Positions 1 to 10,740 of a stretch of DNA of 64,000 bases are shown piece by piece. Made by a program: the position numbers and the translations under genes. Every line of letters begins with the position of its first letter. Within the stretch, counting starts at the first letter, position 1. Source of the stretch: a candidate division FCPU426 bacterium. GTDB lineage: Bacteria > Oederibacteriota > JAAXVQ01 > JAUVAV01. The notes under the pieces are model-generated. The model made no database searches. It had not been told where the DNA came from and saw only the letters and a list, made by a program, of their open reading frames with translations. Location: assembly GCA_040756875.1 (NCBI GenBank), contig JBFLYH010000001.1, forward strand, positions 800,001-864,000, in the 5' to 3' direction.

Positions 1-876
1 AAACGAAAGTTGCTGCAATTGGTGAAGGAAAATATCGTACGCGGTTGGGATGATCCTCGGATGCCGACCTTGTCGGGCATCCGCCGGCGCGGATACACCC
101 CCGAAGCGATCCGGTCTTTTTGTCACGCCATCGGCATGGATAAAACCAACAGCATCGTGGACATCAGCGTCTTGGAAAATCACGTGCGGGATGATCTGAA
201 CCAGCGCGCCCAAAGAGTCATGGCCGTGCTACGGCCTTTGCGCGTAGTCATCGAAAACTATCCCGAGGGACAAGTGGAGGAATTCGAGGCCGAAAACAAT
301 CCCGAGGATCCGAAAGCCGGAACCCGCCGGCTGCCCTTCTCGCGCGAGATATACATCGAACGCGATGATTTCAGCGAGAACCCTCCCAAAGGCTTTTTCA
401 GGCTCTCGCCGGGCAAGGAAGTGCGACTTAAATTCGCTTACTACATCACTTGCCAGCAGGTCATCAAGGACGAAACGTCCGGAGAAATCGTCGAATTGCG
501 CTGCACATACGATCCCGCCTCCCGGGGCGGTGGCACACCGGACAACCGCAAAGTCCAGGGAACGCTTCACTGGGTATCAGTAAGCCACGCCCTCGAGGCG
601 GAAGTGCGCTTATACGATCACTTGTTCTCTAAACCGAATCCGGACGACGTAGCACCCGGGCAGGATTACAAAAACAATTTGAACCCTAATTCCCTCGTCG
701 TGCGTTCTTCTTGCAAAGTAGAACCCCGTTTGGCTTCCGCTTTACCTGGCGATCATTTTCAATTTCTTAGGTTGGGTTACTTTTGCCTGGATCCCGATTC
801 CGGCAACGGACATTGGGTGTTCAATCGCACCGTCAGCCTCAAGGATACTTGGGCCAAAATCCAGAAAAAGCAATAA
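1..876 (+). CDS. glnS: Glutaminyl-tRNA synthetase, C-terminal part (5' truncated by window)
   Basis: [68 protein letters not shown]; frame open to base 1. Confidence 0.95.
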   Translation, partial: KRKLLQLVKENIVRGWDDPRMPTLSGIRRRGYTPEAIRSFCHAIGMDKTNSIVDISVLENHVRDDLNQRAQRVMAVLRPLRVVIENYPEGQVEEFEAENNPEDPKAGTRRLPFSREIYIERDDFSENPPKGFFRLSPGKEVRLKFAYYITCQQVIKDETSGEIVELRCTYDPASRGGGTPDNRKVQGTLHWVSVSHALEAEVRLYDHLFSKPNPDDVAPGQDYKNNLNPNSLVVRSSCKVEPRLASALPGDHFQFLRLGYFCLDPDSGNGHWVFNRTVSLKDTWAKIQKKQ

Positions 877-926
877 AACACACCAACTGAAAAACAGCGG
901 TTCGGCACCGCTTTCATGTACAACCG

Positions 927-3116
927 TCAAACAGAAGGACGCGATTTAGGCAATTCAAAGATGAAGGTGCTGCCTTTTCCAATTTCGCTCTCGACCCAGA
1001 TGCGTCCGTAGTGAAGTTCAATAATGATTTTTGCGATCGCCAATCCCAGCCCCGTCCCCTCTTCACGATCCTTTGAAAACGTTTCCGGACGCCAAAATTT
1101 CTCGAATATCTTCTCCTTGTTCTCCGGGGCGATCCCTCCGCCCTCATCCCTGACTTGGCAGCGGACCCGGTCGTTTTCGGCCCAAGCCGACACCCATAAT
1201 TTTTTGCCGGCAGTCGAAAACTTGATTGCATTGTGCAGTAAATTGACCACTACTTGTTGCAGACGTTCGCGGTCCGCAGGAATAAAGGGCAGTGTTTCCG
1301 AAAATTCCTCTTGAACAAGTATGTCTTTTCTGGCTAAAAGCGGGCCTACGGTCTCAATGGCGGACCTGAAGACCATCGCCACGGAAAGTGGCTGAAAATC
1401 CATTTTCAATTGTCCGGATTCGAGCCGCGAAAGGTCCAACAGGTCATTGATCAGGTTGACCAGCCGATCGATGTTTCGGCTGCACATTTCCAAATAATTT
1501 CCGAGTCGCGGGCCGATTTCGCCTTTATTATGCAGCTCCACGGCCATGAGTAGAGCGCCTTTAATCGAGGTGGTCGGCGTGCGGAGTTCGTGGGAAGCCG
1601 TGGCGATGAAATCCGATTTTAAATGATCGATGCGCTGCAACTGTTCCAAGGCGCTTTCCAATTCGCTCGTCCGCAACGCCACTCGCAATTCCAGGTTTTC
1701 GCTGGTCTCCTTGACTTCCTGATAGAGCGTATTGATTTTTTGATACAATCGGGAATTGCTTAGCGCCAAACTCAGGTCATGACGAAGGGTGGCCAGAAAA
1801 CGCAGGTCTGCCGGGATGTAATCCCTCCCGCTCGTTTTGGGGCCAAGATGGATGACGCCTATTAGGCGACGGTCGAAAACCAAAGGGATAATGACTGCCG
1901 CACCGACTTCGGCAAAATAAGCTTCAGCGTCTTCACGGACCTCCTGATACACGGGGTTGATCTCGACCTGTCCCAGTTCATGGACTTCATCCGTTTTTTC
2001 CAGCCATTGTAAAAACCGCTGATGTTCGGCCGGGGTGAATGTGGTATCCGCAAACGACCCATTCAGACGACGCAAACCGCGCCCCCCCTCTTGGAGCGCC
2101 AAGATCGACAGGCGCACGGGTTTGTACAGCTCATGTAAATGCCGGTTGATGTCTTCACCGAATTCTTCAAGGGTTCGTAGGTGGCTCATTTCACGATTGA
2201 GGCTCTCCATGACCATCTTGACATCGGTTTGGCCAAAGGGCAACCGGCGTTCCAACCAGGGTTTGATCCAACGATAATAGATCATGACCAATCCGAAAAG
2301 GCCCAAGCCAAAAAGCGAAATGCCTAAATCACTGGTGTGCTCCAGCCACGGGCGGGCCAAGCGCACACCTAAAAAGATGACCGCGACCGTTACCATTCCC
2401 GTTAGTATCGTCATAAAAGTCGTCAATGCCATGCGTGAAATATCCAGCGCCCGATAGCGAATGATCGCATACGCTGTAAATCCAACAAAAATTAGGAATG
2501 CCGGTTGGCCGGCAAAAAACAATTGGGGCACCCCGAAATACGGCAAAATAAACATAAACAAAACAACCGTAGGTATGACGAGGACCAGTCCGAAAAAGAC
2601 ATACCGCACTTTTTGCCTCTCGACGTTGAAACGAAGGCGACGATAGGCAAACGCCAGATTGAGAATGGCGGTTACACCGGCACCAACAGTGTAGCCGGCA
2701 AAAAGAAGGTATAAAGGGCCAAAAGCCCGGACCAAACGACCATCGATCAGTTGGGTCGAACGAATACTGGCTGGTGTGAACGACAAGCCCGCAACAATGA
2801 GGGCCAAGGCAAAACTGAATAAAACCAGGCGGAGGTTGATCCAGGGATGAGGTTGAGGAAAATAGCATGAAAAAACCAGCAAAGAATTTGCGGCAAGACA
2901 AATCATGGACATGGACAGTCTCGGCGTCAAATCCGACAGGATGCCCAGGCGCACTTGCATGTTCCATAAAAATCCGAAAACAACCCAGAGCCCAAGAAAA
3001 ACGGCAAACAGACTGAAACCAAGGCTGGCTGGGTTCTTGGGGGCGCGGACAAATACGCCAATGCCGATGCTCAAACAAATAATGACGGTCAAAACCTGAA
3101 AAACCAAGACCAGCAT
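927..3116 (-). CDS. Membrane sensor histidine kinase (7TM-like N-terminus, GAF, HisKA, HATPase)
   Basis: Multiple N-terminal TM helices; GAF-like IIPLVFDRRLIGVIHLG; H-box ASHELRTP, N-box NLLHNAIKF, DEGGGI, GTGLGLAI; start moved to ATG 3116 behind GGGAGG. Confidence 0.9.
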   Translation of the reverse strand: MLVLVFQVLTVIICLSIGIGVFVRAPKNPASLGFSLFAVFLGLWVVFGFLWNMQVRLGILSDLTPRLSMSMICLAANSLLVFSCYFPQPHPWINLRLVLFSFALALIVAGLSFTPASIRSTQLIDGRLVRAFGPLYLLFAGYTVGAGVTAILNLAFAYRRLRFNVERQKVRYVFFGLVLVIPTVVLFMFILPYFGVPQLFFAGQPAFLIFVGFTAYAIIRYRALDISRMALTTFMTILTGMVTVAVIFLGVRLARPWLEHTSDLGISLFGLGLFGLVMIYYRWIKPWLERRLPFGQTDVKMVMESLNREMSHLRTLEEFGEDINRHLHELYKPVRLSILALQEGGRGLRRLNGSFADTTFTPAEHQRFLQWLEKTDEVHELGQVEINPVYQEVREDAEAYFAEVGAAVIIPLVFDRRLIGVIHLGPKTSGRDYIPADLRFLATLRHDLSLALSNSRLYQKINTLYQEVKETSENLELRVALRTSELESALEQLQRIDHLKSDFIATASHELRTPTTSIKGALLMAVELHNKGEIGPRLGNYLEMCSRNIDRLVNLINDLLDLSRLESGQLKMDFQPLSVAMVFRSAIETVGPLLARKDILVQEEFSETLPFIPADRERLQQVVVNLLHNAIKFSTAGKKLWVSAWAENDRVRCQVRDEGGGIAPENKEKIFEKFWRPETFSKDREEGTGLGLAIAKIIIELHYGRIWVESEIGKGSTFIFELPKSRPSV

Positions 3117-3317
3117 GCCAGCCTCCCGCTGCCAGTCCAGCATCCTTGCCGGCTGTCGCGCAACGGTATTATAGGCCAAATGACGTGCAGCCCCAATAGC
3201 ATTTACGAGATTTCACCCAACCCGGATGCCCGCAACAATGGCCATAGACGCTTAATCTTTATCAAAAATTGGATAAAATCCCAACGGAACAGCACGATGT
3301 ATCTGCGACCGCGCTCG

Positions 3318-4118
3318 TTACTCGCCAGCGCTTTGTTGATTGGACTCAATAATGTCTTTAAGGATGACTTCCGGATGATGATAGCGAGGGTACTGCAGAG
3401 TCTTTTTTCCGTATTGAATGGCAGTTTGTGGACACCATTGAATGCACGCCATGCATTGTTCACAAGTACGGGACCATACCGGGCGTCCATCCGGAATGCG
3501 AATATTGCGTGCCGGACAGACTTGGGCGCATATGCCGCATTGATTGCATTTTTCATCAACCCAAAACGCCCTGTCCATGTGCGGCACGTGCGGAAAAGCC
3601 ATCTTATATACGGGGGTAAATAAAAGTCTGTGCAACCACGGCCCGCGCTCTGCGTGTCGGATGATCTGTTGTTGAATATATGGCGTCATACGCCGTATTT
3701 TTTCTTCCGCTTGAATAAATCGCCGGTTCATTTCAGCAGCCGGTCCGGGTCCACCCCAGGGCAGATAATTGGTGGGCAAAACCACTTCAAACCCGGCGCT
3801 GAGTGACATCCCCTTGACTGCCATAGCCTCCTGCAATTGGATTAACGTCCTTGAAACTTGGCCAGCGTTTACAGCAACTGCAAAATAAAACTGGTCAGGG
3901 TCAGGAACCAGGCGTTGTAAAAACGACAACACCGGCGAGGGCACTCCCCACATATGCACGGGGAAAATCAAACCCACTTTTTCGGTTTGAACATGCAGAG
4001 GATTTTGCTTCATTTGGGGAATAGAGTATAAAGAGCTCTTCCCTAGCTCGATGGCAAGCCGGCGCGCCACCCACAAGGAATTACCTGTGCCGGTATAATA
4101 GAACAGCGTTGCATTCAT
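3318..4118 (-). CDS. EFR1-family flavodoxin/4Fe-4S ferredoxin protein
   Basis: YYTGTGNS flavodoxin motif; CNQCGICAQVCP and CEQCMACIQWCP. Confidence 0.88.
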   Translation of the reverse strand: MNATLFYYTGTGNSLWVARRLAIELGKSSLYSIPQMKQNPLHVQTEKVGLIFPVHMWGVPSPVLSFLQRLVPDPDQFYFAVAVNAGQVSRTLIQLQEAMAVKGMSLSAGFEVVLPTNYLPWGGPGPAAEMNRRFIQAEEKIRRMTPYIQQQIIRHAERGPWLHRLLFTPVYKMAFPHVPHMDRAFWVDEKCNQCGICAQVCPARNIRIPDGRPVWSRTCEQCMACIQWCPQTAIQYGKKTLQYPRYHHPEVILKDIIESNQQSAGE

Positions 4119-4119
4119 T

Positions 4120-4953
4120 TCAGGGTTCCCTTCTCCATACGTTCCAAAATTTCCGGGGCCGGGGATCCGGTTCCAACCCCGCCTCAATTTGCAAAGCGCG
4201 CAATCTCGATTTATCTTCGGGGTGTCCGCCCCATTTCTCGACGAATCGCATTACATCTTTTTCCTGCTGCTCGGAACTGCGCGGCATCTGACCCCTGGTT
4301 ATTTTTCCCGGATGGTACACCGGACTGGGAATGGTATAACGCTCCGCTCCAGAAACCGCCACCTTCCAGGCAAAATCATCCGAAGCGCAAATATTGCGAA
4401 ATCCTTCGTCCCAACCGCCAACGCGTTCGAAAAGTTCCCGTGAACTTAACCAGCACGAACCCGTAGCGCGGTGGGTCTCCAATCTGGCTTTAAAACCGGT
4501 TTTTTCGAGTTTTTTCATCTTGGCCGGGGTTAAATCCGCCGGCGATCGGAAGAAGGTGGTGCCCAATTTTTTTTGAATCCAGGGCCAGTTTGGCGAAACC
4601 AGGCTTCCCGGATGTAGGTGCATCCATTCTATTAAGCAGGAGAGGCTGCGGGGACCGAAAACCACATCGTTGTCCGCTTGCAGGACATATTCGGTTTCTG
4701 CAAGTTTAAATCCCCGATTGACCGCGGCCGCCACCCCACGGTTTTCGGGAAAAGCGAAGTAAATCAAGCCTTTAAAGTTCGGATTGACATCCAAGCGATA
4801 TTTATGCACCAGTTCTCGCGTACTGTCCGTAGAGCCATTATCGATGAATATTAGCTTAAAAGCGAGGTCGGCGCATTCCGGCCGGGCTAAGCTAGCGAGT
4901 AGCATTTCAGTGTATTTGCGTTGATTAAAGGCGATGCTAAGAATTGAGATCAT
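4120..4953 (-). CDS. Glycosyltransferase family 2
   Basis: IDNGSTD, NRGVAAAVNRG, ADND, VGGWDEGF; start overlaps upstream stop. Confidence 0.88.
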   Translation of the reverse strand: MISILSIAFNQRKYTEMLLASLARPECADLAFKLIFIDNGSTDSTRELVHKYRLDVNPNFKGLIYFAFPENRGVAAAVNRGFKLAETEYVLQADNDVVFGPRSLSCLIEWMHLHPGSLVSPNWPWIQKKLGTTFFRSPADLTPAKMKKLEKTGFKARLETHRATGSCWLSSRELFERVGGWDEGFRNICASDDFAWKVAVSGAERYTIPSPVYHPGKITRGQMPRSSEQQEKDVMRFVEKWGGHPEDKSRLRALQIEAGLEPDPRPRKFWNVWRREP

Positions 4954-5579
4954 TGCTTGGCGAGCAGGCAAAACAGGTTTCCCGGCGTTTCAACGGGCGT
5001 GAAAGTTCTTACGATCTTGACACCAGCCGCCCGGATAGCATTTATAAATTTCCGTTTCGAATATCCCGGCCGACCTATTTCCCAGTGATGCCCTGCCACC
5101 ATAGGGGCGGTGACAGGTGGCCAGGAAAAATGCATGGTCCAGCCGCGTTTGCGGCCAAATGGCAATTTGGAAAGAAGATACACCACGCGCGCGGAATAAG
5201 GGACCGAAATAAGGACTCGGGTTCTGGAAACGCGAGCCAATTCAGCAACCGCGGAACCCAGTTCGGCAAACGGCAAATGTTCCAAAACTTGGCAGCAAAG
5301 GGCAAAATCTACTGCGTTGTCCGGAAGCGGGAGACGCCGCACATCAGCGCAGATATCGGCACCTAGTTCGGGATTTACATCGCAGGTGGCAAGTTGCAAA
5401 CCGGCGCGCCGCAGGATATGGGCCACCACACCAGGTCCGGTCCCTATCTCCAATACGCTTTGCGCACTCGCTTCCCTGATGCTTTCGATTTGGAAAAAGT
5501 ATTGAGCCATGCGTTCGGGGGAATAATACTCCAAACGGGTATAACGTTCAGCATCTGAAATGTTTGTAGATCGTCCCAT
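4950..5579 (-). CDS. Class I SAM-dependent methyltransferase
   Basis: VLEIGTGPG, CQVLEHLP; ATG at 5579 overlaps the upstream TGA. Confidence 0.85.
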   Translation of the reverse strand: MGRSTNISDAERYTRLEYYSPERMAQYFFQIESIREASAQSVLEIGTGPGVVAHILRRAGLQLATCDVNPELGADICADVRRLPLPDNAVDFALCCQVLEHLPFAELGSAVAELARVSRTRVLISVPYSARVVYLLSKLPFGRKRGWTMHFSWPPVTAPMVAGHHWEIGRPGYSKRKFINAIRAAGVKIVRTFTPVETPGNLFCLLAKQ

Positions 5580-6370
5580 CAGATCAATCCAACGCCCAGG
5601 CCCAGGGCTACGGCAATGATAAAAATACCCGCAACATACTTCAGCATTCTCACATTGACTTTGAGGGTGAGGTAGTTCCCCAGGGCTATCCCCCCCAGAG
5701 AGGCCCCCAAACCGGTGGCAACCAACAGCCATTGCGAGAATGAATAACAAACAACTTCGTTCGCGAACCAGGCCATGCTAATGGCATAAATCAGAAACCG
5801 AACGGCATCCACGAGGAGGCTGATGACAGCCGTCGAATTTTTGTATACGGACGCCGAAAGGCTCCCCCGGCTTAAAAAAGCCGTGCGGAGCATTCCTTGG
5901 TGTCCGGATAAACCGCCAAAAAAGCCCGATAAAAGACCGCCCAATGGTTGATAGGACTTCGGATAATGCGCCGTCCGCGTTTCCGAACGCATTTCCAAAA
6001 TCCCAAATCCAAGTATCAGGATTGCCAGGATCAGCTTCAATGGCGTGATAACCGCAGTCATTTGGCCTATCGGGAAAATAGCCCATTGCTTCATCTCGGC
6101 CAATATCACAAGCAAAACGGCGCCTGCGACAGCTGCACCCATTGCCGGAAATCCAAATCGAATTATAAGTTCTCTTTCAACCATTGATTTCTTCCAAAAA
6201 ATATGAGGAAGCCGGTTTACCCCGTGAATAACCGCCGTTACGGCAATAGCCACTTCCAAAGGAAAAAACAAAGCAAACATCGGCATTAGCACCGTTCCAA
6301 CCCCAAACCCTGACAAGACAGTCACCCCGGCGGCCACAAAAGCAGTAATGCCGATAATGAAGAATTCCAC
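5579..6370 (-). CDS. TauE/SafE (TSUP) family membrane transporter
   Basis: SGFGVGTVLMP, SGFFGGLSGHQG, about 8 TM segments. Confidence 0.85.
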   Translation of the reverse strand: MEFFIIGITAFVAAGVTVLSGFGVGTVLMPMFALFFPLEVAIAVTAVIHGVNRLPHIFWKKSMVERELIIRFGFPAMGAAVAGAVLLVILAEMKQWAIFPIGQMTAVITPLKLILAILILGFGILEMRSETRTAHYPKSYQPLGGLLSGFFGGLSGHQGMLRTAFLSRGSLSASVYKNSTAVISLLVDAVRFLIYAISMAWFANEVVCYSFSQWLLVATGLGASLGGIALGNYLTLKVNVRMLKYVAGIFIIAVALGLGVGLI

Positions 6371-6572
6371 GCCTTTTCCTCCCGTTCAGGTGGAAGCCCC
6401 TCTATTTCTCATATTTCCCGGCGGAGCTGTTTTGTTTACAAACCGTTCCCAGGTCTTCTTCCCGGCTTTGAATCCAGGATACCTGTGGAGGGATTGAACG
6501 CTCCCCATTGCCGTGTGTTCATTTTAGCTTGCTACGCCAGACTCTGGCAAATACAATTATCCGGCGATAGCT

Positions 6573-7532
6573 TCAACCTTTCCTGCCAGGCTTAAGCTCG
6601 AATGAAAAATCAAGCCCGAAAGGCCATAAACCGGGCAATGATCGCAAATGTCCATACCAAAAACGGAAATCATAATACCATGACGGTCGCGCCCGATGAC
6701 TTGTTTGAGGAATTGCGGTTTGGTTCCTCGGACAGGCCTGGCGGGGCTGATATGCGGTTTTCCAGCCTGGTTTCGGCGGAAGCCATTTTAAGTGGCGCAA
6801 CCCTCTTTTTATTCCGTGGGTGCGCTGGCGCTCCACGCGAAAAAAAGTCCTCTCAAACAAACGGCGCAAACCGCGCGCTGATAAAAAATACAAATGCCCA
6901 TCCTTGCCATACGGAGGGATTCCTTCCGTGCGCCAAAAGTCCAGAATAGGCAGGACATCATTTGAACCATTGGGAACGTTTAACAGCAAACGCCCTTCCG
7001 GTTTAAGAATGCGGTGGATTTCAACCAGGAGGCCGGCCGGATCCAAAACGTGCTCCAGAACGTTATTGACCTGAACGACATCGAAAAACGCGTCGGGATA
7101 TGCGGCATCCGCTAATTGGCCGGTTGCTACTTGAAGCCCCAAAGTATCACGGGCGAAGGCCGAAGCTGCAGGCGAAAACTCGCATCCATAGACTTCCCAC
7201 GAGGAATGCCGCCGGATCCCGTTCAGCATGAAGCCAGTGGCGCAGCCTACATCCAAAAAAGTGCCGGTTGGTTTTTGCCGAGAAAGGCGGGCGGCGAAAC
7301 AACGGCCTTTGCCCTCCTCCTGGTCGCGATCGAAGGAATAATAATCAGCGGCATAAAAATCCGCCAATTGACGGCCGGAAGGAAGCGGATGGAAAAACCA
7401 ACTGGCGCATTCAACACATAACAGCAGATTGAATTGGTCATTTGGCCTCAACTGGACCCGAGCCGATACCGTCTTGGGGCTTGCACTGGCGCAAACCGGG
7501 CATGGTATGTTGTTTTCAGTCATGGTTCCCAC
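6573..7532 (-). CDS. Class I SAM-dependent methyltransferase with N-terminal Zn-ribbon
   Basis: CPVC..CVEC; LDVGCATG; NVLEHVLDP. Confidence 0.85.
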   Translation of the reverse strand: MGTMTENNIPCPVCASASPKTVSARVQLRPNDQFNLLLCVECASWFFHPLPSGRQLADFYAADYYSFDRDQEEGKGRCFAARLSRQKPTGTFLDVGCATGFMLNGIRRHSSWEVYGCEFSPAASAFARDTLGLQVATGQLADAAYPDAFFDVVQVNNVLEHVLDPAGLLVEIHRILKPEGRLLLNVPNGSNDVLPILDFWRTEGIPPYGKDGHLYFLSARGLRRLFERTFFRVERQRTHGIKRGLRHLKWLPPKPGWKTAYQPRQACPRNQTAIPQTSHRARPSWYYDFRFWYGHLRSLPGLWPFGLDFSFELKPGRKG

Positions 7533-7568
7533 GTTCTCTCGGGGGGTGAAAATTCCCCAATCCCGGAG

Positions 7569-8258
7569 CTATTGTTCTTCGATTAAATCAATGGCTTCTT
7601 GAGGGGACAAATTTCCGTATAAAACATTCATGATTCCCGGAAGATAAATATCCAGGGTGATGACGTTGGCATACAGCATATTATTCAGCATATTGAAGGT
7701 CAACTGGCCGCCTTCGACATCGATGGATGTTTTATAACCAAGTTCCCCGTCGGAAAAATCCAGTTCGAAATTTCCCAGCAGCAGACGGCTGTTTGCGCGC
7801 GTGATAAATTCCGCCACTTCAGCCCGTTTGCTCTCGGGAATGGGATTTGACAGCATGGAATAAAACACCAACGCTTCCCGCTCGGGTATCAATTCGGCAT
7901 AGCAGTTCCACGACCCGTTTTTGGCCTTGTATGGAATTTCCACCGTCAATTTATCTTCGTGGGCTTTGAATATCCATTCCTTGTATTCTAAAAAACGCAG
8001 CAACGTTTTGAATAACTCGCGTCTACGACGTTCTAGCATGATAAAGTTCTGATTGTCATCAACCTCAGGGAGGGTAATCGTCTCCAAAGCTTGATCACGC
8101 GAATCACCCGGGGCGCGGGACAATTTTTTAATTATCCAATAAAGAACCGGCCCCAATAAAAATAGCACCGCCAATAGGAATCCCGGAAAAAACCATTGCC
8201 GCCACGCTTCGAAATAGGGGGTTATGAATTGCCTGACCAAGGGCATATTGATTACCAT
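7569..8258 (-). CDS. YbjN-domain protein with N-terminal TM anchor
   Basis: VAEFITRANSRLLLGNFELDFSDGE..YKTSID typical of YbjN family; one N-terminal hydrophobic helix. Confidence 0.75.
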   Translation of the reverse strand: MVINMPLVRQFITPYFEAWRQWFFPGFLLAVLFLLGPVLYWIIKKLSRAPGDSRDQALETITLPEVDDNQNFIMLERRRRELFKTLLRFLEYKEWIFKAHEDKLTVEIPYKAKNGSWNCYAELIPEREALVFYSMLSNPIPESKRAEVAEFITRANSRLLLGNFELDFSDGELGYKTSIDVEGGQLTFNMLNNMLYANVITLDIYLPGIMNVLYGNLSPQEAIDLIEEQ

Positions 8259-8433
8259 CCGATTCGTCTTGATAATATCAGCGATAATAATTTCCGCTCA
8301 TCATTATTAAAATTATAGTACTACGCTATTACAGCACGGTCAACAAGCACAGGCGAAGGTTATCTGTAGCTTTAAGCACCACTTATTATTTATCGTATAA
8401 TTAGAGTTAATTTGCATTCGTAAGATTTCGTGG

Positions 8434-9207
8434 TCACATATTAATGGTTGTTTTACGGCAGACAAAAAATGCATAATTGCACGTTTCCAAGTTTCGACCG
8501 ATTATTTTTTCTTCTTGTTCCAATTCATGCAAAATATCCAAGGCTTCCGCATCCATACGATATTTGCATTTTAATTCCGCCACACGTTTCATTAAAGGGT
8601 GATAATAGTTGTCATACCATGCCGATTCGGATAGCGTGAAATACCCGCAGGGTTCGAACCCATTTTCACGAATATTCTCCAGGCGGGTGGAAACATCGGA
8701 CATTTCAGGATATTCACCTTTCCAAAACAGTTGTACTTCATACGAGGGGTTTTTCTTCAGCCAAACCATTTCACTGACCGCCATGTAGCCCCCATTTTTT
8801 AACAGGGGATTCCAACTCTTCAATCCGTTTTCAAATCCCATTTGATAAATGGCTCCCTCACTCCAAATGAGATCGAAAAATGCCTCCGGAAATTCCAGTT
8901 GGCGCATGTCTCCGATTTGAGCAATCAGTCTTCCCTGGAAGGCTTGGGCTTTCAACGCAAGCCGATGAATGAACGGTTCATGGTTATCAACCGCCCAAAT
9001 TTTAGCCTTGGGTAGCGTACGGGCCAGGTCGATGGTCTGCATCCCGGGACCGCAGCCGATGTCAAGAATCTTGGGTTGGTCAGGCAAAAAAGAGGCCATA
9101 GCGAGCGCTCGTCCGGTAGAAAGAGCATCTCCCGGCCCTCCCCGGGGCAGATTATCATAGACTTCAAAAAATATCTTTCTGACATGGGCGTCCATCAAAT
9201 CAGACAT
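8434..9207 (-). CDS. Class I SAM-dependent methyltransferase
   Basis: PRGGPG, LDIGCGPG, FDLIWSEGAIY. Confidence 0.88.
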   Translation of the reverse strand: MSDLMDAHVRKIFFEVYDNLPRGGPGDALSTGRALAMASFLPDQPKILDIGCGPGMQTIDLARTLPKAKIWAVDNHEPFIHRLALKAQAFQGRLIAQIGDMRQLEFPEAFFDLIWSEGAIYQMGFENGLKSWNPLLKNGGYMAVSEMVWLKKNPSYEVQLFWKGEYPEMSDVSTRLENIRENGFEPCGYFTLSESAWYDNYYHPLMKRVAELKCKYRMDAEALDILHELEQEEKIIGRNLETCNYAFFVCRKTTINM

Positions 9208-9232
9208 CAGCAGCTTTTAACCTCTCGGGGCG

Positions 9233-9272
9233 AAAAAAAAGGGAACCCGCCTTCGTGGCAGGTTCCCTTTTT
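9233..9272 (-). terminator. Intrinsic terminator after the OmpA-family gene
   Basis: A8-GGGAAC..GTTCCC-T5 hairpin. Confidence 0.7.
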
Positions 9273-9303
9273 CAAAATGTGGCTCTTCCTGGGTCTCTGA
9301 GGA

Positions 9304-9969
9304 TTAATTCAGCGTCCCTTTCATCGCTTCCTTTTTCATCTTCTCGTTGGCAAATATCGCGACTTCCACGCGCCGATTTTGCTGGCGGCCCATATCGGTC
9401 TCATTATCCGCCACCGGTTGACTTTCTCCATATCCCATCATGTTGATACGGGCTGGTGTAACTCCCGTGCCAATGAGCTGGTTCCCCACCGATTTTGCGC
9501 GGCGTTCGGACAGTTCCTGATTCAGCGATTCTGTTCCGGTCGAATCCGTATGGCCTTCCACTAGGATATTGGTATCCGGATATTTGTTGAGAATCTTGGC
9601 AAGGTTGGCGATATTTTGCTGCGAAGTCGAATTTAACATGGCTGAACTGGTTTGAAACAGAAGCCCCGATTCAAAAGTGATTTTAATGCCCTCGCCGACC
9701 CTTTCGACTTTGGCGTTCTTCAGGTCTTTGCGCATTTCTTCAGCTTGCCGGTCCATGTTGGCACCAATCAAGGCGCCGGCCGTGCCGCCAACCGCAGCCC
9801 CGATAATAGCGCCCAGGGCGGTATTCCCTGCTTGCTTGCCGATCACCGCTCCGATCAAACCGCCACCGGCTGCGCCGATAACGCCGCCTTTCAAGGCATT
9901 GCTGGCTGCACAACCCGATCCGGCAACAGCCATGATGAGTCCTGCCACAAGCAGTGATTTCATTTGCAT
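9304..9969 (-). CDS. OmpA-family lipoprotein (glycine zipper + OmpA-C)
   Basis: Lipobox-like GSGC; Gly-zipper; VEGHTDSTG, LSERRA, NRRVE. Confidence 0.92.
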   Translation of the reverse strand: MQMKSLLVAGLIMAVAGSGCAASNALKGGVIGAAGGGLIGAVIGKQAGNTALGAIIGAAVGGTAGALIGANMDRQAEEMRKDLKNAKVERVGEGIKITFESGLLFQTSSAMLNSTSQQNIANLAKILNKYPDTNILVEGHTDSTGTESLNQELSERRAKSVGNQLIGTGVTPARINMMGYGESQPVADNETDMGRQQNRRVEVAIFANEKMKKEAMKGTLN

Positions 9970-10112
9970 AAAATTTCCTCCTTGACATTCAAATAATTGG
10001 TGGGATTATCTTAACCGAAAATGATTTAAAGTCAATAACAATTCCTATTTCGGAGCTTTCCAAATCACTTCAACCGGGTATAATGGAACATAATCAAACT
10101 TGGAGGATTGCC

Positions 10113-10736
10113 ATGTTGGTGCGATTCAGCCGTTATGCCATGATTCTCATCTGCATGCCTATGCTTGCATCCTGCTATTTCACCTCCCTACACCCCTTGC
10201 CAGTATCATCAACCATCGATAATGCCCTTCTGGGCTTGTGGCAATCCGCGCCTGCTTCTGATGACAAAGAATCCAAACCGTCTTATCTCCTGATCACAAA
10301 ATACGAAAACAGAGTATGGATTACTATTTTCGAGGATTTTTATCGCGCCAGCGAACTATACCTGGGTTATTGTTCGGTCATAAAAGGAGAAAAATACCTA
10401 AGCGTTCAGCTATCCAAGCCTGTTTCCCAAGGAACCACCATGGCCGCGGACGAGGGATTTCTGCTTGTTCATTATTCCATTTCGCCGACCGGCCAATTGA
10501 AGCTCACTTTGTTGAACGAGGATTTCATTGAAAAAGCGGTATCTCAAAAAAGCCTTTCAGGAACGCTTGATAACAAAGAAGTACAACTGACGGCTTCCTC
10601 AGCGGCATTAGCTGATTTTCTCGGGCGCTCCCAAACCCGTGATTTTTTAGACGCGGACAGCTTGTTGACCGCAATCAAAGTGCCTCTGCCTTCCTTGATC
10701 AAACCGCAGGCCTCACCCACTCACCAAGCGCCCTAG
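10113..10736 (+). CDS. Hypothetical lipoprotein
   Basis: GGAGG RBS, signal peptide ending LASC. Confidence 0.7.
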   Translation: MLVRFSRYAMILICMPMLASCYFTSLHPLPVSSTIDNALLGLWQSAPASDDKESKPSYLLITKYENRVWITIFEDFYRASELYLGYCSVIKGEKYLSVQLSKPVSQGTTMAADEGFLLVHYSISPTGQLKLTLLNEDFIEKAVSQKSLSGTLDNKEVQLTASSAALADFLGRSQTRDFLDADSLLTAIKVPLPSLIKPQASPTHQAP

Positions 10737-10740
10737 GGAA

